DNA of 54,987 bases, taken from an uncultured Gaiellales bacterium. GTDB taxonomy: Bacteria > Actinomycetota > Thermoleophilia > Gaiellales > Gaiellaceae. Each line of letters starts with the position of its first letter. The stretch's first letter is position 1. Shown piece by piece: positions 8,619 to 15,626 of the stretch. The stretch is taken from NCBI GenBank assembly GCA_964645445.1, contig CAZXZX010000081.1, positions 1 to 54,987 on the forward strand, given 5' to 3'. The position numbers and the translations under genes were made by a program. Below the pieces are notes generated by a model. That model made no database searches. It had not been told where the DNA came from and saw nothing but the letters and a program-made list of their open reading frames with translations.

Positions 8619-10109
8619 TCAGGCGGCGACGGGCGCGCCGTACTTGCGCTTCAGGTAGGCGAGGTACGGCTTGGGGTCGATCGTCGAGCCCGTCGCCCGT
8701 CGCAGCGTCTCCTGCGGCGTGAACTTGCGGCCGTACGCGTGCACGTTGTCCCCGAGCCATTCGCGGAGCGCCGTGAAGTCGCCGCGCTCGATCCGGTCGT
8801 CGAGATCGGGGATGTCCTCCCCGATCTTTTCCCAGATCTGCACGGACATCACGGTGCCGAGCAGGTATGTCGAGAAGTAGCCGATGAGGCCGGCGGCCCA
8901 GTGCATGTCCTGGAGGACGCCGTTTGCATCGTCGGGCACGTCGACGCCGAGGTACTCGTCCATCTTCTGCGCCCAGTGCTGCGGGAGGTCGCGCAGCTCG
9001 ATGCGGCCGTTGACGATGTCCTGCTCGAGCTCGAAGCGGAGGATGACATGCATGCCGTACGTGACCTCGTCCGCGCGGACGCGGATGAGCGATGGGCGGA
9101 CGCCGTTGACGGCCGCGTAGAAGCGCTCGAGCTCGACGCCGCGGAACTGCTCCGGGAACACCTCCTGGAGGCGCGGATAGAAGAACCGCCAGAACGGCAT
9201 GCTCCGGCCGACGAGGTTCTCCCACAGGCGGCTCTGCGACTCGTGCAGGCCGAGCGAGGCGCCCGTCCCGATCGGCAGGTTCGCGATGCGGCGAGGAATC
9301 TGATGCTCGTACAGCCCGTGCCCGTACTCGTGCATCGTGGAGAACAACGACTTGAGGCTGTCCTCGTAGTAGTGCGTCGTGATGCGTATGTCGTCGATGC
9401 CGGCGCCGGCCGCGAACGGGTGCTCGGTCGGATCGATGCGCCAGGTCTGGGGACGGTGCCCGAAGAGATCGACCACCTCGTGGTCGAGCGCGACCTGCCG
9501 GTCGAGCGGGAAGTGGCCGAAGAGGAACGAGTCGTCGACCTCCCGGTCGCGGAGGTCGGCGATCAGCGGCACGAGCTCGGCCTTGATCTCGTCGAAGATG
9601 CGCGTGACCTCTGCGGTGGCCATCTCCGGCTCGTAGTCGTCGAGAAGGACGTCGTACGGCTCGTCCTGCGGCCCGAAGCACTCGACGTAGCGTCGGCGCA
9701 GCTCGACGTTTCGCTCGAGCGGGCCGAGGAAGAGCTCGAAGTCCGAAGTCTCCTTCGCCTTCTCCCACACCGGCGTTGCCTCCGCCGAGGCGACCGCCAT
9801 CTCGCCGCGGAGCTCGATCGGGACACGGACGGCCTTGTCGTGCATCCGCCGCGCGAGGCGGAGCAGGCCTCCGTCGTCCGAATCGGGGTCGAACGAGGCG
9901 ACGGCGATCTCGTCGAGCAGACGGCCGACCTCGGGATCTCTCAGCTTCTCGTGCGCGAGCCGCTGCATGAGTGCGATGTGCTGCGCGCGCTGGCCGATCC
10001 CGGCCGGCGGCATCGTGGTCCGCTGGTCCCAGACGAGGAGGTAGGCGACATCCTGAAGACCATGCAGGTCGGTGAGGCGCGCCTTCAGCTGGCCCAGAGC
10101 GTCGGCCAC
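8619..10109 (-). CDS. M32 family carboxypeptidase (Taq-like thermostable carboxypeptidase)
   Basis: 496 aa carrying the M32 signature set: TEHPFAAG (HPF), MHEYGHGLYEH (HExxH), GLHESQSRLWEN (HESQS) and LIRVRADEVTYGMH (IRxxAD). Confidence 0.9.
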   Translation of the reverse strand: MADALGQLKARLTDLHGLQDVAYLLVWDQRTTMPPAGIGQRAQHIALMQRLAHEKLRDPEVGRLLDEIAVASFDPDSDDGGLLRLARRMHDKAVRVPIELRGEMAVASAEATPVWEKAKETSDFELFLGPLERNVELRRRYVECFGPQDEPYDVLLDDYEPEMATAEVTRIFDEIKAELVPLIADLRDREVDDSFLFGHFPLDRQVALDHEVVDLFGHRPQTWRIDPTEHPFAAGAGIDDIRITTHYYEDSLKSLFSTMHEYGHGLYEHQIPRRIANLPIGTGASLGLHESQSRLWENLVGRSMPFWRFFYPRLQEVFPEQFRGVELERFYAAVNGVRPSLIRVRADEVTYGMHVILRFELEQDIVNGRIELRDLPQHWAQKMDEYLGVDVPDDANGVLQDMHWAAGLIGYFSTYLLGTVMSVQIWEKIGEDIPDLDDRIERGDFTALREWLGDNVHAYGRKFTPQETLRRATGSTIDPKPYLAYLKRKYGAPVAA

Positions 10110-10138
10110 GACCCGGCACCCTACTAGAGTCCGTCGTC

Positions 10139-11143
10139 GTGGCGACGTATGCGCTGCGGCAGCTCGTGCTCACCGTCTCGGTCGTGGTCGCAGTCTCGTT
10201 CGCGGCCTTCGTCGGCTTCGGGCTCTCGCTCGATCCGAGCTATCCGCTCGCCTTCAAGCCGCGAGAGCAGGCGGTCGTGCGGGCCGCCTACCACCTCACC
10301 GACCCGATCCTCTGGCGGTACTGGCGCTGGGCTTCAGGCCTATTGCATCACGGCTTCGGGACGACGGTGTCGACGCAGGTCGGCGGCTCGCCGCCGAAGC
10401 TGCTCGCGCCCGGAACGCCGATCGGCCCCGAGCTGTTGCGCGCGACGGCTATCAGCGCGGTGCTCATCGCGCTCGCCCTCGTCTTCGTGGCGCTCGGGAG
10501 CGCCGCCGTCGGCGTCTTCGCGGCCCAGCGTCGACGCTTTCGCGCCGACCTCGGCACGCGTGCGCTCGCGTACCTCGGCGCGGCCGTCCCGACCTTCCTG
10601 CTCGCCGACCTGCTTCGTCGCGCGATCGCGCCGAACCCCAAGGCCGTCTTCAGCCACGGCCACTTCACCCTGACGGCGAATGCCGGGTGGTTCCTCCTCG
10701 GGCCGCCGACCGGCGGGCCGGTCGACTGGTTCCGGCACCTGTTCCTGCCGGCAGCGGTGCTCGCGCTCGGCCTCGTCGGCATCTACTCGCGCTACGTCCG
10801 CTCCTCGATGGTCGCCGAGCTCGGTCGCCCGTACGCGACCGTCGCGCGCGCGAAGGGCCTCAGCGAGCGGCGTGTCCTCATCCGCCATGCGCTGCGCAAC
10901 TCGCTCGTGCCGGTCACCGCGCTGCTCTCGCTCGAGATCGGTGGGATCGTCGGCGCGTCGCTCGCCGCCGACTGGGTCTTCGGCGCCGGCGGTCTCGCCT
11001 CGGTCTTCCTCGGCGCGCTCGGGCACGCGGATCCGTTCGAGCTGACTGCGATCGTCGTCTTGAGCGCCGTCGTCGTCTGCGGGTTCACGCTGGCCGGCGA
11101 TCTACTCGTCAGCCTCCTCGACCCGCGCGTCTCTAGGTCGTAG
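10139..11143 (+). CDS. ABC transporter permease, peptide/nickel (DppB/OppB-like) family
   Basis: 334 aa. N-terminal YALRQLVLTVSVVVAVSFAAF, plus the EAA-loop region YATVARAKGLSERRVLIRHALRNSLVPVTALLSLEIGGIVGASLAADWVFGAGGL, ending in LLDPRV. Confidence 0.85.
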   Translation: MATYALRQLVLTVSVVVAVSFAAFVGFGLSLDPSYPLAFKPREQAVVRAAYHLTDPILWRYWRWASGLLHHGFGTTVSTQVGGSPPKLLAPGTPIGPELLRATAISAVLIALALVFVALGSAAVGVFAAQRRRFRADLGTRALAYLGAAVPTFLLADLLRRAIAPNPKAVFSHGHFTLTANAGWFLLGPPTGGPVDWFRHLFLPAAVLALGLVGIYSRYVRSSMVAELGRPYATVARAKGLSERRVLIRHALRNSLVPVTALLSLEIGGIVGASLAADWVFGAGGLASVFLGALGHADPFELTAIVVLSAVVVCGFTLAGDLLVSLLDPRVSRS

Positions 11144-12023
11144 TCGGGTTCAGCGCGTCGTCGAGGGCGTCGCCCGCGAACGCGACTGCAAGCAGGACGA
11201 GCACGAGCAGCACGGCGGGGATGACGTACAGCCACCACACGGATGCGATCGACGGCGCGCCGGCCGCCGAGGTCGCGTTGGAGGCGTCGGCGAGAAGGCC
11301 GCCGAGCGTCGGCCGCTCCGGCTGGTTGTAGCCGTACCCGAGATAGTCGACGGTGGCGATGATCACAATCGACTGGCCGACGATCGACGTGGCCGCGACG
11401 ATGATCGGGCCGGTGGCGTTCGGGAGGACGTGTCGTACCAGAACGCGGAGTCCCGACGCGCCCGACGCCTCGGCCGCCTCGACGTACTCCCTGACGCGCA
11501 GCGATTCAACCGTCGCGCGCGTGACGCGCGCGACGGCCGTCCACAACAGCGCCATCAGCCAGAGACCGTCCGTCAGCGGCGTCAGCGGCAGCGTCGACCA
11601 GACCGCGAGCACGATGAGCACCGCGATAGCGGGGACGGCGACGACCACACGCGTCGCGAAGCCCACGACCTCGTCGAACCAGCCACCGTAGAAGCCGGCG
11701 AGGGCGCCGACGATGACACCGATGATCGTCGAGCCGCCGGCGCAGACAAGCGCCGACAGCGAGGTCTCACGGATTCCGTAGACGAGCTGCGTGAGGAAGT
11801 CCCGGCCGAGCGGATCCGTTCCGAGGAAGTGGTGCGGCGTCAGGGGCGGCTGCGGATGCGAGATGAGCTGGACGAACTCCTGGCCGGGGTAGTACGGCGC
11901 GAGCACCCCGGCGAGCGCGCCCGCTATCGCGAACACCATGAGCAGTACGAGCGCGGCGCCCCCGAGCGGCCGACGGCGGAAACGTGATGCCGCCTGCCGC
12001 CAAGGTCCGAGGCGCGGGTTCAC
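11133..12023 (-). CDS. ABC transporter permease, peptide/nickel (DppC/OppC-like) family
   Basis: HFLGTDPLGRDFLTQLVYGIRETSLSALVCAGGSTIIGVIVGALAGFYGGWFDEVV is the DppC hallmark. The upstream 15 codons of the track ORF (to 12068) are the tRNA-His gene. The only sensible in-frame start left is GTG at 12021-12023, 3 nt downstream of the tRNA 3' end, because the next ATG would cut TM1. Confidence 0.8.
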   Translation of the reverse strand: MNPRLGPWRQAASRFRRRPLGGAALVLLMVFAIAGALAGVLAPYYPGQEFVQLISHPQPPLTPHHFLGTDPLGRDFLTQLVYGIRETSLSALVCAGGSTIIGVIVGALAGFYGGWFDEVVGFATRVVVAVPAIAVLIVLAVWSTLPLTPLTDGLWLMALLWTAVARVTRATVESLRVREYVEAAEASGASGLRVLVRHVLPNATGPIIVAATSIVGQSIVIIATVDYLGYGYNQPERPTLGGLLADASNATSAAGAPSIASVWWLYVIPAVLLVLVLLAVAFAGDALDDALNPTTT

Positions 12024-12026
12024 GAG

Positions 12027-12100
12027 GGTGGCGGACGGGATTCGAACCCGCGACCACCGGGACCACAACCCGGGGCTCTACCAACTGAGCTACCGCCACC
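12027..12100 (-). tRNA. tRNA-His (anticodon GUG) with encoded G-1
   Basis: Reverse complement is G(-1)-GTGGCGG-TA-GCTC-AGTTGGTA-GAGC-C-CCGGG-TTGTGGT-CCCGG-TGGTC-GCGGG-TTCGAAT-CCCGT-CCGCCAC-C. The extra 5' G pairs with discriminator C73, as expected for bacterial tRNA-His. Confidence 0.9.
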
Positions 12101-12184
12101 GCGAAGCGGCTACAGGGTACCGCCTCGCGCACGTGCAGGTCCTTGCCCGAACACGTTCGAAGGCAGCTGTACCCTCTGCGGGAG

Positions 12185-12257
12185 GCGCCCGTAGCTCAGT
12201 GGACAGAGCGGCGGACTTCTAATCCGCGGGTCGGAGGTTCGAATCCTCCCGGGCGCG
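12185..12257 (+). tRNA. tRNA-Arg (anticodon UCU)
   Basis: GCGCCCG-TA-GCTC-AGTGGACA-GAGC-G-GCGGA-CTTCTAA-TCCGC-GGGTC-GGAGG-TTCGAAT-CCTCC-CGGGCGC-G. Confidence 0.9.
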
Positions 12258-12366
12258 TCACGAAGCTGCTGCCGAGACGACCTGCGGTTATTGCTGCTGG
12301 GAGCGTGAAAATCAGGCCGCGCGGCGTTGCAGGTAACCCACTTCGGAGTTAGGCTCGCGACGCGGC

Positions 12367-12588
12367 ATGGCGGACCAATCCGATGAAGGAGCGGCAGCTG
12401 CGGCTCATGGGCTGAGCGCCTTGCAGGAAGCACTCGGTGCGAGGGTCGAGACGTGCTGGGATCACCTCGACGATGTCGTGTCCGAACTCGTCTCGTTGCA
12501 CGAGGTGTCTCCGGAGTTCATCGTCGCGCGCGTGAGAAAGTCCGCCAGGGCCGAGGAAGCAGGCGCAGCTCCCCTGCGATCTCGCTGA
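12367..12588 (+). CDS. Hypothetical small acidic protein (73 aa), weak call
   Basis: This is the only sizeable ORF in the roughly 350-bp, somewhat lower-GC stretch downstream of tRNA-Arg(UCU). Third-position GC bias is weaker than in neighbouring genes, and I recognise no family. Confidence 0.25.
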   Translation: MADQSDEGAAAAAHGLSALQEALGARVETCWDHLDDVVSELVSLHEVSPEFIVARVRKSARAEEAGAAPLRSR

Positions 12589-12604
12589 CGCGCGCTTCAA
12601 CCCG

Positions 12605-13129
12605 CTACTTGCGGACGCCGAAGTCGGTCGTGACGATCGTGACCGCCAGACCGTGATAGACGCCCGGCGCGCGCAGGCTGTGCACCGCCGACACGCCGAT
12701 CTCGCGCCACTGCGGATCGAGCATGTTCTTGCGATGCTCGGGGCTCCCCTCCCACATCGTCAGTGCCTTCCGCGCATCGACGCCCGGCGACGACCAGAGG
12801 AGATTCTCGCCGACCGACCAGAAGCCGAAGCGGTTCGAGGGATAGAAGCCTTGGATGCGCTTCCAGAACGCCGTTCCGTCGACCGAGTTGTGCTCGAAGT
12901 ACCCGTCGGTCTCCATCTGCACCGAGTGGCTACGAGCGGCGGCGCTGAGCGACGCCGAGAGACGAAGCGGAGCGAGATGGTGCGCTGACCGGAACGCGTT
13001 GATGCCGGTGAGGACGCCCTGCTCGAGCGATGACAGTGCCACCGTTCGCCGGCTGTCTGCAGCCGACGCGGGCAGCGCTGCCGCAGCGGCGGCGAGAGCG
13101 ACGACGACGATGACGATCCCCCGACGCAT
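12605..13129 (-). CDS. Secreted CAP/SCP (YkwD-like) domain protein
   Basis: Signal peptide [23 protein letters not shown]. The CAP-domain core is [30 protein letters not shown]...YFEHNS...GENLLW...[13 protein letters not shown]...REIGV. Confidence 0.8.
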   Translation of the reverse strand: MRRGIVIVVVALAAAAAALPASAADSRRTVALSSLEQGVLTGINAFRSAHHLAPLRLSASLSAAARSHSVQMETDGYFEHNSVDGTAFWKRIQGFYPSNRFGFWSVGENLLWSSPGVDARKALTMWEGSPEHRKNMLDPQWREIGVSAVHSLRAPGVYHGLAVTIVTTDFGVRK

Positions 13130-13223
13130 TGCCGCCAGAGTCGCGTCGGCCTCGGACGGCGTCCATGGGCCGTTCGGCCCCTTCTCGCGACCCGGAGGTC
13201 CTACCGTCGGGAAGAATGGCGGC

Positions 13224-13520
13224 GTGACGCTCCGAGCAGGACCACTCGAGCGCGACGCGACCCTGCCGGACGGGCGGGTCGTCCACGTGCGCGTCGGGCT
13301 GCCCGAAGACGGCTACATCACGCCGAAGGACCTGGAGACCGTCACGTTGGAGCTGTCGGGCAACGGCGAGCATTTGGCTGCGGTGACCACGATCCTCGAG
13401 CCTGCGCAGGTGGACGAGGCGCTCGTGCTGCTCCGCCGCGTCGTCGACGGCCTGGAGAGCGGGGAGCTTGCGCCCACCGCCCACGCGATCGAGCCGCTCG
13501 CGGATACGCTGCCGACGTGA
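13224..13520 (+). CDS. Hypothetical protein (98 aa), translationally coupled to the cyclophilin gene
   Basis: GTG start at 13224 inside track ORF 12855..13520. The upstream part of that ORF is antisense to the CAP gene. The stop overlaps the next start (GTGA at 13517-13520). Third-position GC is high, and I recognise no family. Confidence 0.45.
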   Translation: MTLRAGPLERDATLPDGRVVHVRVGLPEDGYITPKDLETVTLELSGNGEHLAAVTTILEPAQVDEALVLLRRVVDGLESGELAPTAHAIEPLADTLPT

Positions 13521-13972
13521 GCGCCGCGACGCTGCAGACGAATCAGGGAGCGATCGCCGTCGAGCTCTTCGACGGCGATGCGCCGAAGACGGTCGACAAC
13601 TTCGTGGCGCTCGCGCGCAAGGGCTTCTACGACGGCGTCATCTTCCACCGCGTCATCCCGGACTTCATGGTCCAGGGCGGCGACCCGACGGGCACCGGCT
13701 CCGGCGGCCCCGGCTACACGTTCGAGGACGAGTTCAACGACCATCCGGTCGCGCGCGGCGCCCTCGCGATGGCGAACGCGGGGCCGAACACGAACGGCAG
13801 CCAGTTCTTCATCGTCACCGCCGATGCGTGTCCCTGGCTGGACGGCAAGCACACAGTGTTCGGCCGCGTCACCGACGGCATGGACGTCGTCGACGCGATC
13901 TCGGCGCTCGAGACTGATGCACGCGACCGCCCGCGCGACGACGTCGTCATCCAGCGCGTCGAGCTCGCCTGA
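13517..13972 (+). CDS. Peptidyl-prolyl cis-trans isomerase, cyclophilin type
   Basis: [31 protein letters not shown]...[18 protein letters not shown]...[12 protein letters not shown] is the canonical cyclophilin core. Confidence 0.95.
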   Translation: MSAATLQTNQGAIAVELFDGDAPKTVDNFVALARKGFYDGVIFHRVIPDFMVQGGDPTGTGSGGPGYTFEDEFNDHPVARGALAMANAGPNTNGSQFFIVTADACPWLDGKHTVFGRVTDGMDVVDAISALETDARDRPRDDVVIQRVELA

Positions 13973-14420
13973 CCTCCTGCAGCTTCGTCCTGAGGGCGGG
14001 GCCGTACCAGAGCGCAGCCACGACGACCGCGAAGCTCACGGCGGTCGCAACTCCGATCTTCCTGCCGAACAGGACGGACGTAACCGTCAGGAGCGCGGCG
14101 ATCATCGCGATCGCGAGCGCGAGGAACCCGACGATCGCGAACCGGTTGCCGTACACGATGATCCTCTCCTTGTCGTCGGCCCGGAACCGGAGCCGGTGCA
14201 GCGAAGGGGTCGCGACCAACAGTGCCGAGGAGACGGCCGTCGCGCACAGGGACACGAAGAACGAGACCTTTTCGAAATGGGTGATCTTGCGATACCCGCT
14301 GCTGAACGGAACCGCAAGGAGGAACGCGAACAGCACCTGCACGCCGGGCAGCGCGACGCGCAACTCGTTGAGGAGCTCGATCAGCTCGCGGTTGTGCCGC
14401 TCCTTGGGAGTCTCTTCCAC
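13947..14420 (-). CDS. DUF6328-like integral membrane protein
   Basis: 157 aa. The N-terminal [29 protein letters not shown] motif plus 3-4 TM helices match my recollection of the actinobacterial DUF6328 family. Confidence 0.65.
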   Translation of the reverse strand: MEETPKERHNRELIELLNELRVALPGVQVLFAFLLAVPFSSGYRKITHFEKVSFFVSLCATAVSSALLVATPSLHRLRFRADDKERIIVYGNRFAIVGFLALAIAMIAALLTVTSVLFGRKIGVATAVSFAVVVAALWYGPALRTKLQEVRRARRAG

Positions 14421-14443
14421 ACGCGAAGGGTAGGCTCAACGCC

Positions 14444-14779
14444 GTGCTGACGTGGGATGACCTCGTCGAGTTGGCGCGCGAACTGCCGGAGACGGAGGAG
14501 TCCACCTCCTACGGCCGGCCTGCGCTGAAGGTGCGCGGCAAGTTCGTCGCGGCGATGCGCACGAATCCCGACGCCGTCGTCCTCCGCTGCGACCTGGACG
14601 AGAAGCCGCTCCTCCTCGAGGCCCGTCCGGAGATCCTGTTCGAGACGCCGCATTACCACGGCTGGGGCTATGTGTTGCTCCGGCTCGACGCCTCGCTCGA
14701 CGACGCGCGCGAGTTCCTCACCGACTCGTGGCTGCTCGCCGCGCCCAAGCGGCTGGCGGACACCATCAGCCTCGAGTAG
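14444..14779 (+). CDS. MmcQ/YjbR family DNA-binding protein
   Basis: 111 aa. LVELARELPETEESTSYGRPALKVRGKFVAAM...HYHGWGYVLLRLD is the typical YjbR fold signature. Confidence 0.75.
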   Translation: MLTWDDLVELARELPETEESTSYGRPALKVRGKFVAAMRTNPDAVVLRCDLDEKPLLLEARPEILFETPHYHGWGYVLLRLDASLDDAREFLTDSWLLAAPKRLADTISLE

Positions 14780-15462
14780 TCCGTCCCGCCCTGCTCCTCG
14801 CGGAGGAACCGGAGCAGGTAGTGCGTGAACACTACGAAGAACACGAGCGCTTCCTCGGCGGCCATTGTCACGCCGGCGATTTGCTGGTCGGATTCGGGCG
14901 ACGGGCCCCACGTGCGGGGCGCGTGTGCGTAGAACGAATAGATCGGGCGGGGGAAGAGCGCGAGCACGAGGCCGAGCGGCGACGCGAGGACGAATGCGGC
15001 GAAGAGATACGCCGCCTTCGCGCCGGAGGAGATGCGCCCGTGCACGACCGGCCACCACAGGCAGATGCCGGCGATGAGATACATCAGATGCTCGACATGC
15101 AGCAGCGAGTGTGGATGGCGCAGCGCGACGTCGTAGATCCAGGGCAGATGCCACACGTAGTACGTAGCGAGCCACAGCGGCAGTGCGACGAAAGGTTGGA
15201 AGAGCGGGAAACGCTGCGCGCGCTCGACGACGGCGCGCGGCAGCGCGAGCACGAGCAGCGCCGGCGCCCACTCGGCGAGGGCGACGTTCTGCAGCAGGTG
15301 CGCCCACAGGAACGTGTGGATCGCAAACGGCTGCAGCTTCGTCGCGAACGCGGCGAAGATCAGCGCGAGACCGGCGGCGGCCGGAAGCGGCCGCGCGCGG
15401 AGCGCGAAGCACGCGAGCGCGAGCAGCGGGACGAGGACGACGGCCTCCGCAGAGAAATACAT
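14668..15462 (-). CDS. Cytochrome c oxidase assembly factor CtaG-like membrane protein (caa3_CtaG family)
   Basis: Multi-pass membrane protein with LLQNVALAEWAPALLVLALP and HSLLHVEHLMYLIAGICLWWPVV motifs. The last 37 or so codons are low-complexity and overlap the convergent YjbR gene by 112 nt. Confidence 0.72.
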   Translation of the reverse strand: MYFSAEAVVLVPLLALACFALRARPLPAAAGLALIFAAFATKLQPFAIHTFLWAHLLQNVALAEWAPALLVLALPRAVVERAQRFPLFQPFVALPLWLATYYVWHLPWIYDVALRHPHSLLHVEHLMYLIAGICLWWPVVHGRISSGAKAAYLFAAFVLASPLGLVLALFPRPIYSFYAHAPRTWGPSPESDQQIAGVTMAAEEALVFFVVFTHYLLRFLREEQGGTDYSRLMVSASRLGAASSHESVRNSRASSSEASSRSNT

Positions 15463-15484
15463 GGCGCTACGCTAGTCGTCCCTA

Positions 15485-15555
15485 GCGGGCGTAGCTCAAC
15501 GGTAGAGCACCAGGTTTCCACCCTGGGTACGAGGGTCCGACTCCCTTCGCCCGCT
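15485..15555 (+). tRNA. tRNA-Gly (anticodon UCC), non-canonical T-loop
   Basis: GCGGGCG-TA-GCTC-AACGGTA-GAGC-A-CCAGG-TTTCCAC-CCTGG-GTAC-GAGGG-TCCGACT-CCCTT-CGCCCGC-T. The cloverleaf is intact, but the T-loop reads TCCGACT (C at position 55) instead of TTCGANT. Confidence 0.82.
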
Positions 15556-15626
15556 CTCATATCCGTCCGGGTGGACCCTCCATCCGGGAGTACGGCGGCT
15601 TCGACCGTCCCGAGTGACTCGACTGA

